From: a virus
IMG/VR virus record: IMGVR_UViG_3300029305_000349
Span: 4,246-68,245 of that record
Reading direction: 5' to 3' (one strand)
Length of the DNA stretch: 64,000 nucleotides
The notes under the pieces were generated by a model. That model did no database searches. It saw only the letters and a program-made list of their open reading frames with translations, and was not told where the DNA came from. Positions 1 to 9,315 of this stretch are shown in pieces. Position 1 is the first letter of the stretch. Each line of letters begins with the position of its first letter. The position numbers were made by a program, and so were the translations under genes.

Positions 1-1
1 C

Positions 2-1045
2 GGAAGATATGGCGGTGCTGGTACATTAGTATCTAGAGCTAAGGGTGAAGAGTCTGTGCTGAAAAGACAGGGTACTTATCGAATCAATGTACCAGAGATT
101 AATGGCAGACCCAACGAGTTCTATGATCCTACTAAACCATTAGGAGCCAAGATCTATAAGGTAGCCGATGATGTATACTATCCTGTTCGTCAGTACGATA
201 AGGAGACCAAGACCTTTACCTACACCACTACTGAGAAAGAAGGCCGGGGCTATAAAAAGATTACCTTCCGGGCAGATGATGCGGAAGCCCGTGCTAAGTA
301 TGACCCGGGTGATCCTATAGTGGACGCCGACGGTAATGTGACCTTCAAAAGTAAGGACGGCACTCTTACCTATAAAGGTAAGTCTAGGACACAGAAGAGT
401 ACTCGTATGGCCGAGGCCGACGACGCTTATAAACTGGTATCCACACACAGACACCCTATGGAACTTCTGTATGCCGACTATGCGAATAGTATGAAGTCCC
501 TCGGTAATGAGGCCCGTCTCGAAATGCTAAAGACCACCAAGATCAAACACGATGCTCAGGCTAAGAAAGTTTATCAGGCCGAGTACGATTCTCTTATGAA
601 TAAACTTCATGATGCCGAGAAGAACACCGTTCTGGAAAGAGCCGCCCTTCGAAAGGCAAATGTGACCCTCCAGGAGAAGAGTGCCGCAGACCCCTCTTTG
701 AGTAAGAAGGACCTCCAGAAAATAGGCACCCAGGCCATGACAGCGAGTCGTGCAGAAGTAGGTGCTCTTACAAGAAAACAGCGTAATATAGAGATTACTG
801 ATAGAGAATGGGAAGCCATACAGGCAGGCGCTATATCAGAGACTATATTAAAGCGAATTCTTAATAACACCGATATAGACAAGGTTAGAGAAAGGGCTAC
901 TCCTAGAACTACTACTGTTGTTACAGAAGCTAAGAAGACTAGAATACAGGCCCTTGCTAATAGTAACTATACATTGGAGGAAATAGCTAAAAAAGTGGGC
1001 TTATCTACAAGTGCTGTTTCTAAGTATTTGAAAGGAGCAAAGTAA
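2..1045 (+). CDS. C-terminal part of a large phage protein with terminal HTH (5'-truncated; possibly the phage RNA polymerase-like protein)
   Basis: Frame is open from base 2 (GRYGGAGTLVSRAKGEESVLKRQG...) and ends in an HTH-like YTLEEIAKKVGLSTSAVSKYL. The RNAP link is recollection only; no catalytic motif lies in the window. Confidence 0.6.
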   Translation, partial: GRYGGAGTLVSRAKGEESVLKRQGTYRINVPEINGRPNEFYDPTKPLGAKIYKVADDVYYPVRQYDKETKTFTYTTTEKEGRGYKKITFRADDAEARAKYDPGDPIVDADGNVTFKSKDGTLTYKGKSRTQKSTRMAEADDAYKLVSTHRHPMELLYADYANSMKSLGNEARLEMLKTTKIKHDAQAKKVYQAEYDSLMNKLHDAEKNTVLERAALRKANVTLQEKSAADPSLSKKDLQKIGTQAMTASRAEVGALTRKQRNIEITDREWEAIQAGAISETILKRILNNTDIDKVRERATPRTTTVVTEAKKTRIQALANSNYTLEEIAKKVGLSTSAVSKYLKGAK

Positions 1046-1312
1046 TTGACGAAACAATGTTTATTAACAACAATTGACAATCCTTACAATCCTTTCACAG
1101 ACTTTAAACAATGGTTTGTTTATGATGTTATGTGTGGTTACAACACTTGTGGAAAGATTGCAAGAAATGCAAATTATACATCTTCAATGATGCAATTTGA
1201 ACAAGAAGAAGAGTTTCAAAGAGCAATCGATAAAGTTATTGAATACGATTTTCTTGGTCAATACATAAAAGTAACTGCTGATTCTTATACAACAGCATCA
1301 GCTAATACATAA
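1046..1312 (+). CDS. small conserved phage protein
   Basis: RBS AAAGGAG, TTG start, LTTIDNPYNPF motif. Confidence 0.7.
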   Translation: MTKQCLLTTIDNPYNPFTDFKQWFVYDVMCGYNTCGKIARNANYTSSMMQFEQEEEFQRAIDKVIEYDFLGQYIKVTADSYTTASANT

Positions 1313-1390
1313 TTCAGGAGATTATTATGACTTTAAACATTATTCGTGCTCATGTTTACTTTAATGTACACCGTAAGGATAATGTTTGAT

Positions 1391-1470
1391 AGGGGGAGGG
1401 GGTCCCGAAAATGACACCCCCTGCCTTTATCGGCGCGGTCTTGATATTTTCTCCGGAGGGATATTTTTGA
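1391..1470. other. putative cos/packaging-initiation region
   Basis: Non-coding G-tract/C-tract GGGGGAGGGGGTCCCG...ACACCCCC...TTCTCCGGAGGG upstream of the terS/HNH/terL module, a typical position and composition for HNH-associated cos phages. Confidence 0.4.
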
Positions 1471-1495
1471 AAAACAGTTTAAGGAGGTGGACGGT

Positions 1496-3025
1496 ATGAG
1501 TCATGTTCATAGCATATACGATACCGATAATCACTACATAATTGATCCCGTTACAAGGACAATAAGCACTACTTCGGCTAAGAATGTCCTAATGCAGGGT
1601 GACCATAACTCAGAGCGATTTACCTTTGAAGTCCCAAGAACTATAGAGGGACACGACATGTTCCAGTGCGATCTCATTGAGATTCACTATGAAAACGCTT
1701 CCAGTGGTAGAGGCGATATTAGTGCCGATTTCTACCATGTAGATGACGCCCAGTTGTCTGCGGATGATCCTTCTGTGATGATATTTAGCTGGCTTATCTC
1801 GGGTAGTGTAGCTAAGTATGTTGGTAGGGTAGCATTCTCTATACGATTTGTGTGTACTAATGACGAGTCTGAGACAGTATATGTGTGGAACACAGCAAAG
1901 TACACCGGCGTTAAAGTAAAAGCTAGTCTTAATAATACAGAACAGGTTCTCGAGGACCATTCAGATTTCGTAGCTAGAATGGAACATATAGCTGAGTCAG
2001 CTATGGAGTCTATACATGATTACGAAGAGTTAGCTTCTAGGGCGGTAAGTGTATTCGACGGGAATACCGAGAAGTTTATTCAGGCAGAACAGACGCTTAT
2101 GCAGAATTACGAACAGATAGCAACCGAAGCTACTCAGAATTACGAAGAGGGCACGGACAAAATTGTTCAGGCGGTTTCTAATGTCGATGAATACCTCGAC
2201 GGTTATAAGTATAAGGAACTGGTATTAGATGTCGAGACGGGTGATTGGGTGGTCGTTATTGATAATTTATCGTGTAACGATCCGAGTTCAACATTGGATG
2301 GAAAATTCAGGTTCCCTAACATCTCGGTTCCTATTCTTGCCAATAACGGCGATTTAATTCCACAGACTGGTAGCTTAGTACAGTTGTATATTAATGGCTC
2401 TCTTGTTTCTAAACAACGATGGCAGGGATTCCCACATTCAGTAACATTCACTCACGAAGGGCGACAATTTGAAGTAGAGTTTGACGACACTGATCTGTTT
2501 ATGAAAATATATAGTGACGTCGATACACCGTTTACAATCAGCATGGAACTTTTTACGTATTCGACGGAGTGGACTCGTATTACTGAAGCCGATTTATCAT
2601 TCTTGTTTGATAGTTCTTCAGACCAAAACTTTGAAATTGAATTTGATTTATTCAGCACCTATATGGACGTATACAGTACATCTCGCGCTAAGGTCGATCG
2701 AAATTATGTTTGTCAGTCATTAATAAACGACGCAGCCACGGGTATGTTATATTGTATAAATTTATACGTAGAAGATTATATCGATTATACAAATAGCAAT
2801 GGCGATCAATGTAACTTAGGCGTTTCATTATTTATGAAGGCTTTTGGTTTGATGTCTGCCGCGTACGAAGATGGGAAGCATGTATTGAAACCTACGGATG
2901 GTTATACATTTCAGTTAGCGACCGATTACGGTTATGTAGAAAGAATGCGTATCTACAAAATCACTAATTCTCTGAAAGCTCGCGTGTCTGACGTTCTCGA
3001 TGATATTAATGGGGAGGTGGTTTGA
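1496..3025 (+). CDS. BppU-like baseplate/receptor-binding accessory protein
   Basis: N-terminal MQGDHNSERFTFEVPRTIEGHD resembles the BppU N-domain; RBS AGGAGG precedes ATG 1496. Confidence 0.55.
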   Translation: MSHVHSIYDTDNHYIIDPVTRTISTTSAKNVLMQGDHNSERFTFEVPRTIEGHDMFQCDLIEIHYENASSGRGDISADFYHVDDAQLSADDPSVMIFSWLISGSVAKYVGRVAFSIRFVCTNDESETVYVWNTAKYTGVKVKASLNNTEQVLEDHSDFVARMEHIAESAMESIHDYEELASRAVSVFDGNTEKFIQAEQTLMQNYEQIATEATQNYEEGTDKIVQAVSNVDEYLDGYKYKELVLDVETGDWVVVIDNLSCNDPSSTLDGKFRFPNISVPILANNGDLIPQTGSLVQLYINGSLVSKQRWQGFPHSVTFTHEGRQFEVEFDDTDLFMKIYSDVDTPFTISMELFTYSTEWTRITEADLSFLFDSSSDQNFEIEFDLFSTYMDVYSTSRAKVDRNYVCQSLINDAATGMLYCINLYVEDYIDYTNSNGDQCNLGVSLFMKAFGLMSAAYEDGKHVLKPTDGYTFQLATDYGYVERMRIYKITNSLKARVSDVLDDINGEVV

Positions 3026-4542
3026 TGAGCTGTATGGAAGATAAACTTGAGTATTTGAAGGAGACGAAGCGCCTAATCAAAGAAAAGCTTATCGAACACG
3101 GCGCTGATATTTCCGATGAAACTAGTTTCCGAAACTATCCAGCAGCTATCGAATCGCTTATGGCGCCTGGTACTAGCGGTCCGTTGAAGACGTTATTTGA
3201 TGCTACTGGTAAAACCGAATACTTCATGTACAATACTACAGTAGATGTCGATTTGTCAGAAGTATTGTTTTATGATGACACCGCTAATGTTACCAGTATG
3301 AAAAATATGTTTTATAAAACAGCGCAAACCTCTATTCCTGATATGAATACATCGAAAGTTACAGACATGTCATATATGTTTAACGGATGTGGTAATTTAA
3401 CAAACATACCGTCGTTAAACACTAGTCAAGTTACTAATTTCAGCAACATGTTTTCGTCTTGTAAGTCGTTAACTTCTATTCCCCAGTTAGATACGAGTAA
3501 AGCTACTAATGTGGGGAGTATGTTTAGCTATACGACCGCTTTAACTAGTATTCCAGAGTTAGACTTACCAGCAGTCAGTTCGTTATCATATATGTTCCGC
3601 GATTCGGGTATTAAAAACGTATCTCTATTGAACACTTCTAACGTGACTAACACCTCGTACATGTTTACATATAGTGCAGTAGAAGGAATAACATCTTTAG
3701 ATACTAGTAAAGTTACTAATATGGAAAGTATGTTTGCGTATTGTGATAGCTTATCAACGTTTCCAACAGTGCTAGATTTTAGTTCGGCAACCACTACGAC
3801 GTATATGTGTCGCAACTGTACATCGCTAACTAGTGTGCCGGATCTGGTTATGCCTAAGGTTACGAATGTTGGAATGATGTTTGCAGGATGCAGTAACTTA
3901 ACCAATGTAGGTAAAATAACTGCTAATTCGTTAAGTAACTATAATTCGATGTTTCAAGATTGTACGTCGTTAGTTAGCGCTCCTGAAATGTCATTTCCGG
4001 ATGGTAAATCAGTGCTCTTAGAGAGTTTGTTTTGGGGTTGTACTTCTTTAACGGATGCTTCTGCTATAGATATTACTAACGTTGTTTCGTTATACGGAAC
4101 TTTTGGATGTTGTACCGCATTAGAAACAACACCGTCGTGGGATGTTCGTAATGTTACATACTACGATAACATATTTACAAGATGCAGCAATCTTAAGAGG
4201 TGTAATTTTAGAAACATACGTAAGTCTATAAGCTTTGGTGATTGTACTAACTTAACTATCGGAAGTATCATAAATATAATTGGAGAATTGGTGAAATCAA
4301 ACGGTACCTATCAAACGTTAACCCTTCCTTCTAAGTTTCAGGATACGCTATCCAATGTTATGCTGGTCGTTGTATTAGAGGATGGAATTACTGATGAAAT
4401 GTTAGCTGAAGATGACCTCGCGATGTCTAAGTATCCAATAACCGATTGGGGGTACGGTGAAGAGTTTATGTATGAACATTTCGACGCTTGGTATTTAAAT
4501 AGTTATATGTCCACGAAGGGTTGGGAGATACGCTACTACTAA
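3022..4542 (+). CDS. BspA/DUF285-type leucine-rich-repeat protein (receptor-binding/adhesin-like)
   Basis: About 13 repeats of xDTSxVTNMxxMFxxCxxLTSIP. Confidence 0.8.
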   Translation: MMSCMEDKLEYLKETKRLIKEKLIEHGADISDETSFRNYPAAIESLMAPGTSGPLKTLFDATGKTEYFMYNTTVDVDLSEVLFYDDTANVTSMKNMFYKTAQTSIPDMNTSKVTDMSYMFNGCGNLTNIPSLNTSQVTNFSNMFSSCKSLTSIPQLDTSKATNVGSMFSYTTALTSIPELDLPAVSSLSYMFRDSGIKNVSLLNTSNVTNTSYMFTYSAVEGITSLDTSKVTNMESMFAYCDSLSTFPTVLDFSSATTTTYMCRNCTSLTSVPDLVMPKVTNVGMMFAGCSNLTNVGKITANSLSNYNSMFQDCTSLVSAPEMSFPDGKSVLLESLFWGCTSLTDASAIDITNVVSLYGTFGCCTALETTPSWDVRNVTYYDNIFTRCSNLKRCNFRNIRKSISFGDCTNLTIGSIINIIGELVKSNGTYQTLTLPSKFQDTLSNVMLVVVLEDGITDEMLAEDDLAMSKYPITDWGYGEEFMYEHFDAWYLNSYMSTKGWEIRYY

Positions 4543-4575
4543 TTCGAAATGGATTACACTCCGTAACACTATGTT

Positions 4576-4685
4576 TATCCTACCACTTACACGAGCTTAC
4601 AGGGTCAGCCCTCGATTAAAAAAACTGCCCGCTTTTCTCCTTTCGCATAAAGTTGGCTCTGTAAGTTCTTGCAAGTGGTAGGATA
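4576..4685 (+). ncRNA. long hairpin RNA with anti-Shine-Dalgarno loop
   Basis: 34-bp stem (28 Watson-Crick, 4 G-U, 2 mismatches) between 4576-4609 and 4652-4685; the 42-nt loop contains TTTTCTCCTTTCG. Confidence 0.6.
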
Positions 4686-4690
4686 TTTTC

Positions 4691-4765
4691 GGACCCTTAT
4701 CTCATGTTGGTTAGAGAACTCGCCTCATAAGCGAGAAGTCCCAGGTTCGATTCCTGGAGGGCCCA
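4691..4765 (+). tRNA. tRNA with CAU anticodon (Ile2-like or elongator Met)
   Basis: Cloverleaf: acceptor GGACCCT/AGGGCCC (one mismatch), D stem TCTC/GAGA, anticodon arm CTCGC-CTCATAA-GCGAG, T arm CCAGG-TTCGATT-CCTGG; discriminator A; CCA not encoded. Confidence 0.9.
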
Positions 4766-4796
4766 TTTAGTCGAGCATACGAGAGGAGGCGTAAGT

Positions 4797-5150
4797 ATGG
4801 CTAAAAGAGCAGCTACTTCTTCCGGATCAACTCGTACATTAAGAACCCCTATGACACAGGAGGCTAGAGAGAGCCAGCTAATCTCCCTTGCTTACGATTT
4901 GGTAGAGCAGCGATTATTAGATGGTACTGCCTCATCTCAGGAGACTACACATTTCCTAAAACAGGGCACTATGAAGTACAAGCTTGAGCTGGAGAAACTT
5001 AAAGCTGAAAACGCATTGGCTGATGCAAAGAGGGCATCTCTGGAAGATCAGAAGAACAGGGAAGAGACATACAAGGAAGCTATTAAAGCTATGCGAGTAT
5101 ATTCCGGTTATGGTGGGGATGATGAGTATGATGAAGAATACGACGATTAA
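4797..5150 (+). CDS. putative terminase small subunit
   Basis: Helical 117-aa protein upstream of HNH and terL; strong RBS. Confidence 0.5.
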   Translation: MAKRAATSSGSTRTLRTPMTQEARESQLISLAYDLVEQRLLDGTASSQETTHFLKQGTMKYKLELEKLKAENALADAKRASLEDQKNREETYKEAIKAMRVYSGYGGDDEYDEEYDD

Positions 5151-5565
5151 GACTTATTCCGAACTCATCACCATCCCAACTTTCATCGAGCGTTACAGAT
5201 ATTTAAAGCTTGGTGGAAAGGTCGGAGAAGAGACTTTCGGTTTCGATCGATACCTCAACCAATATTTCTACAATTCTAAAGAATGGCGAGATATTCGAGA
5301 TTATGTGATTGTAAGAGATAACGGTTGCGATCTCGCTCACCCTGATCAACCGATCCCAGACGGAGTTAGGATTTACATCCACCACATGAATCCGATTACA
5401 ATGGAAGACATCGTGAAACGTAGTAAATACCTGCTCGATCCAGAGTACTTGATCAGCACAATCAAATTAACACATGACGCTATCCATTACGGAGACGAAC
5501 ATCTCTTACCGAAAGCGCTTGTGACAAGAACAAAATACGATACTTGTCCGTGGAAGCGGGCATAA
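5128..5565 (+). CDS. HNH endonuclease (packaging-associated)
   Basis: RDNGCDL...IHHMNPI...THDAIHYG motif. Confidence 0.8.
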   Translation: MMKNTTIKTYSELITIPTFIERYRYLKLGGKVGEETFGFDRYLNQYFYNSKEWRDIRDYVIVRDNGCDLAHPDQPIPDGVRIYIHHMNPITMEDIVKRSKYLLDPEYLISTIKLTHDAIHYGDEHLLPKALVTRTKYDTCPWKRA

Positions 5566-5577
5566 GGGAGGGATGAT

Positions 5578-5976
5578 ATGGATAGTATACTGACATCGAT
5601 TAAGAAGTTACTTGGTATTGCTGAAGACTACAATCACTTCGACGTCGATCTTATCATTCACATCAACTCAGCAATCATGGTCCTGACTCAGCTTGGTGTT
5701 GGCCCATCAAGCGGCTTCGCTATTGAGGATGACTCTGCGACTTGGGAAGACTTCATTAGTGACGACATTACTAAGATGCAACTGGTTAAGTCTTACATAA
5801 TGTTAAAGGTAAGACTCCTGTTCGATCCACCTCAGAGTTCCGCACACATCGAGGCTATCAACCGTCAGATCTCAGAATTCGAATGGCGACTGCATGTGGA
5901 AGCCGATACACCTTTGGAAAACGAGGAAGATGACGACGAAGACGAGGAGGATGACTATGACAATTGGTACGATTAG
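5578..5976 (+). CDS. putative head-tail adaptor/connector
   Basis: MDSILTSIKKLLGI N-terminus, size and position typical of gp6/gp15-like connectors. Confidence 0.5.
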   Translation: MDSILTSIKKLLGIAEDYNHFDVDLIIHINSAIMVLTQLGVGPSSGFAIEDDSATWEDFISDDITKMQLVKSYIMLKVRLLFDPPQSSAHIEAINRQISEFEWRLHVEADTPLENEEDDDEDEEDDYDNWYD

Positions 5977-5993
5977 GAGGTGTGAAATTCAAA

Positions 5994-7523
5994 ATGGATA
6001 ATCAGGAATTAGCCCACTGGGGTATAAAAGGCATGAAGTGGGGTCGTCGAAGATGGCAGTACAAGGACGGCTCACTGACTCCAGAGGGTAAGAAGAGATA
6101 CGGCGACGGAGATGACGACGATCGCAGTGAGTCCAAACCGGAGAATAACGCACCTCGTGTCAAATCTGTTAGCGAGATGTCTAACAAAGAACTTCAAGAT
6201 GCGATTCAGAACTTGCAGTTACAGAAACAGTTCAAGCAGCTTCAGAAAGAACTTGCAGCTCAGGACGCACCGGCTCGGGAGCAGCAGAAACAGGGCGAGT
6301 CTTTTGTAAAAAAGTTCGCAAAAGAAGCGCTTGTTCCAGCAGTTACTAAAGTCGGTAAAGAATTTGCCGAGAAGAAGCTGAAAGAGAAACTTAAACTCGA
6401 TGTTAAAGAAAAGGACACTCTTGCTGAACTGGAGAAGGAGTATAAGTCTCTTAATCTCCAGAAAGACATTACTACTCTCAAAGACTTCTTCAAGAATTAC
6501 AAGGAAGGTAAACTGGAGTTCACACCTGGCAACGATGGTAAGAAAGATCGTTATCAGTATAAAGACAAGAAGTCTGACGAGCCTGATAACGGTGATGATC
6601 GTGACGAGGATGACGACATCGGGTATGATTTCAAACAAGACAAGAGTCGAGACCCTAAAGAGACAGCCCGTGAAAACATGAAAGACGGCGAAAAGATAGC
6701 GAAGAATAAACCCAAGCCGGCCGATTATACAGTCGATAACCCGGAACAGTATCGGGCCGATATCGTTAAGGGGAAAGCTTGGATTGACAAGTTATTAGAA
6801 GAGGTCGAGCATTCGGCGATGTCTGAAGACGAACTCTACCACTATGGGGTAAAAGGCATGAAGTGGGGTATAAGACGTTATCAGAATAAGGATGGTAGCC
6901 TGACCGATGCTGGTAGGAAGAGGTATAGAAATCAGAACCCTTATGAAGTTAGTAAATCCGAACATTTATCTGAAAAAACACGTAGGGGTAAATTAACGAA
7001 GGAACAGACGATAAAGGAGCTTAATGACCTATTAACAGTTCCTGACCATCCAGGATCGATCAAATTATTTAACGAGATCAATAAATTCAGTGGAAATTGG
7101 TACGATAGTAAGGGCGTGACCTCCGAGTTCAAAAAACGAGTTAAGGAATATAAGGATGAACGTAAATCCATAGATGACAAATACGAAGAAGACGTAAGAC
7201 GACTTTCTGACGAATATTACAAATTAAGGAATGAAATTATGAGGAGTCACTACAACCTAGCAAATCGATTATCTGTTGAAAAAACAGGTCGTGTGGTTGA
7301 CACGAAAAACTTCGATTCCGCGTATGATAAAGCCCAAAACAACCCTAGAGTGTTAGACGCTTATTCGGCACTCCGTAAACTATCCAGCGAACAGTCTAAG
7401 GCAGAGGGAGAATGCAGTCATCGATATGAGGATGATCTATGTGGCATTGTTCTTAACGATCTTGGCTACAAAGATAGTCCTGAAATTAGAGAGCTAATAT
7501 ACCCTTTCGTAGTTTGGGATTAA
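5994..7523 (+). CDS. head-associated protein with two HxGxKGMKWGxRR motifs
   Basis: HWGIKGMKWGRRRWQYKDGSLT and HYGVKGMKWGIRRYQNKDGSLT; RBS AGGAGG before ATG 5994. Confidence 0.75.
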   Translation: MDNQELAHWGIKGMKWGRRRWQYKDGSLTPEGKKRYGDGDDDDRSESKPENNAPRVKSVSEMSNKELQDAIQNLQLQKQFKQLQKELAAQDAPAREQQKQGESFVKKFAKEALVPAVTKVGKEFAEKKLKEKLKLDVKEKDTLAELEKEYKSLNLQKDITTLKDFFKNYKEGKLEFTPGNDGKKDRYQYKDKKSDEPDNGDDRDEDDDIGYDFKQDKSRDPKETARENMKDGEKIAKNKPKPADYTVDNPEQYRADIVKGKAWIDKLLEEVEHSAMSEDELYHYGVKGMKWGIRRYQNKDGSLTDAGRKRYRNQNPYEVSKSEHLSEKTRRGKLTKEQTIKELNDLLTVPDHPGSIKLFNEINKFSGNWYDSKGVTSEFKKRVKEYKDERKSIDDKYEEDVRRLSDEYYKLRNEIMRSHYNLANRLSVEKTGRVVDTKNFDSAYDKAQNNPRVLDAYSALRKLSSEQSKAEGECSHRYEDDLCGIVLNDLGYKDSPEIRELIYPFVVWD

Positions 7524-7540
7524 GTAGGTGAAAATTCAAA

Positions 7541-9304
7541 ATGGCATTATCTAACACCGCAGTTCCAAAATATTACGGTGCTTTTCGTGATGCAGTTTTA
7601 CGAGGCGAGATACCTGTATGCGAAGAAATCTCAATGCAGATGAATCGTATCGACGCTCGTATCGAAGACCCTAGATATTACTATGATGATCTTGCGGTTG
7701 AAGGCTTCGTAAAGTACTGTGAACGAGAACTCACCCTTACCGATGGCTCAGATCTAGTACTGCTCGATTCGTTCAAACTCTGGGCTGAGGATGTCTTCGG
7801 CTGGTGGATATTTGTCGATCGAACAGTATACGTTCCGGGTAAGAATGGTCGACCTGGACATTACAAAAGAAAGCGAGTTAAGAAACGTCTCGTTAAGAAA
7901 CAGTATCTGATAGTAGCTCGTGGTGGCGCTAAGACCATGTATGCTTCATTCATGCAGAATTTCTTCCTGAATGTTGATACAGCTACTACTCATCAGATTA
8001 CTACTGCACCTACGATGAAACAGGCGGAAGAAGTGTTATCCCCATTCCGCACTGCGATTACTCGAGCAAGAGGACCATTGTATAAGTTCCTGACTGAAGG
8101 TTCTATACAGAACACTACCGGCTCGAAGCGTAATCAACCTAAACTTCTATCTACCAAGAAAGGTATCGAGAACAAACTCACTGGTTCTTTACTCGAAGTT
8201 AGACCGATGACCATCGACAAGCTTCAGGGTTTACGATGTAAGGTTGCGACTATTGACGAATGGCTGTCTGGTGAACTTAGAGAAGATCCCGTTGCAGCTA
8301 TCGAACAGGGTGCGGCTAAGGAGCAATCCGGTACCGCGAATGACGATTACCTTATCATTGCAATCAGCTCTGAAGGTACCGTTCGTAATGGTAGTGGGGA
8401 TACAATTAAAAAAGAGTTAATGAAGATTCTCAGAGGAGAGTACGATGCTCCTCAGACTTCTATCTGGTGGTACAAGCTCGATTCTATTGACGAAGTTGGC
8501 GATCCGTCAAAATGGTTGAAAGCCAATCCGAATCTCGGTATCACAGTAACATATGATACCTATCAGTTGGATGTCGACAGAGCAGAACAGGCTCCAGCTA
8601 CCCGAAACGATATTCTGGCTAAGCGATTCGGTATTCCAATGGAAGGTTATACATACTTCTTCACATATGAAGAGACACAACCCCATCCGAAGAGGAGTTA
8701 TTGGGGTATGTCGTGTGCTCTTGGTGCCGACTTATCACTTGGAGACGACTTCTGTAGTTTCACGTTCTTATTCCCGTTACGCGGTGGCGCGTTCGGTGTC
8801 AAGACTCGAAACTATATTACCGAATCCACACTGTATAAATTACCGTCGGCTCTTCGTGACAAGTACGAAGAGTTCATTGCTGAAGGTAGTTTGATAGTCA
8901 TGAAGGGTACTGTACTCGATATGATGCAAGTATATGATGATCTCGATCAACACATTATCGATTGTGATTACGACGTTCGAGCATTCGGCTTCGACCCTTA
9001 CAACGCTAAAGATTTCGTAGCTAGATGGGAACAGGAGAATGGTCCGTTTGGTATAGAGAAAGTACCACAGGGTGCTAGAACCGAGTCAGTACCTTTAGGC
9101 GAGTTGAAGAAACTGGCTGAGGATAAGTTGCTGATCTTTGACGAAGAGCTTATGGTTTTCGCTATGGGTAACTGTATCACTCTTGAAGACACGAACGGTA
9201 ACCGTAAGTTATTAAAAGAGCGCTACGACAAGAAGATCGATGCCGTCGCTGCTATGATGGATGCTTATGTGGCATTCAAAGTCAATAGAGAATCTTTTGA
9301 GTGA
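7541..9304 (+). CDS. terL: terminase large subunit
   Basis: Walker A ARGGAKT, Walker B TIDEW, KANPNLG, nuclease GADLSLGDD and C-terminal KIDAVAA. Confidence 0.95.
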   Translation: MALSNTAVPKYYGAFRDAVLRGEIPVCEEISMQMNRIDARIEDPRYYYDDLAVEGFVKYCERELTLTDGSDLVLLDSFKLWAEDVFGWWIFVDRTVYVPGKNGRPGHYKRKRVKKRLVKKQYLIVARGGAKTMYASFMQNFFLNVDTATTHQITTAPTMKQAEEVLSPFRTAITRARGPLYKFLTEGSIQNTTGSKRNQPKLLSTKKGIENKLTGSLLEVRPMTIDKLQGLRCKVATIDEWLSGELREDPVAAIEQGAAKEQSGTANDDYLIIAISSEGTVRNGSGDTIKKELMKILRGEYDAPQTSIWWYKLDSIDEVGDPSKWLKANPNLGITVTYDTYQLDVDRAEQAPATRNDILAKRFGIPMEGYTYFFTYEETQPHPKRSYWGMSCALGADLSLGDDFCSFTFLFPLRGGAFGVKTRNYITESTLYKLPSALRDKYEEFIAEGSLIVMKGTVLDMMQVYDDLDQHIIDCDYDVRAFGFDPYNAKDFVARWEQENGPFGIEKVPQGARTESVPLGELKKLAEDKLLIFDEELMVFAMGNCITLEDTNGNRKLLKERYDKKIDAVAAMMDAYVAFKVNRESFE

Positions 9305-9315
9305 GGAAATTCAAA

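Noticed and set aside
3022-4542. Diversity-generating retroelement target
   Set aside because: No reverse transcriptase and no template/variable repeat pair seen in the window
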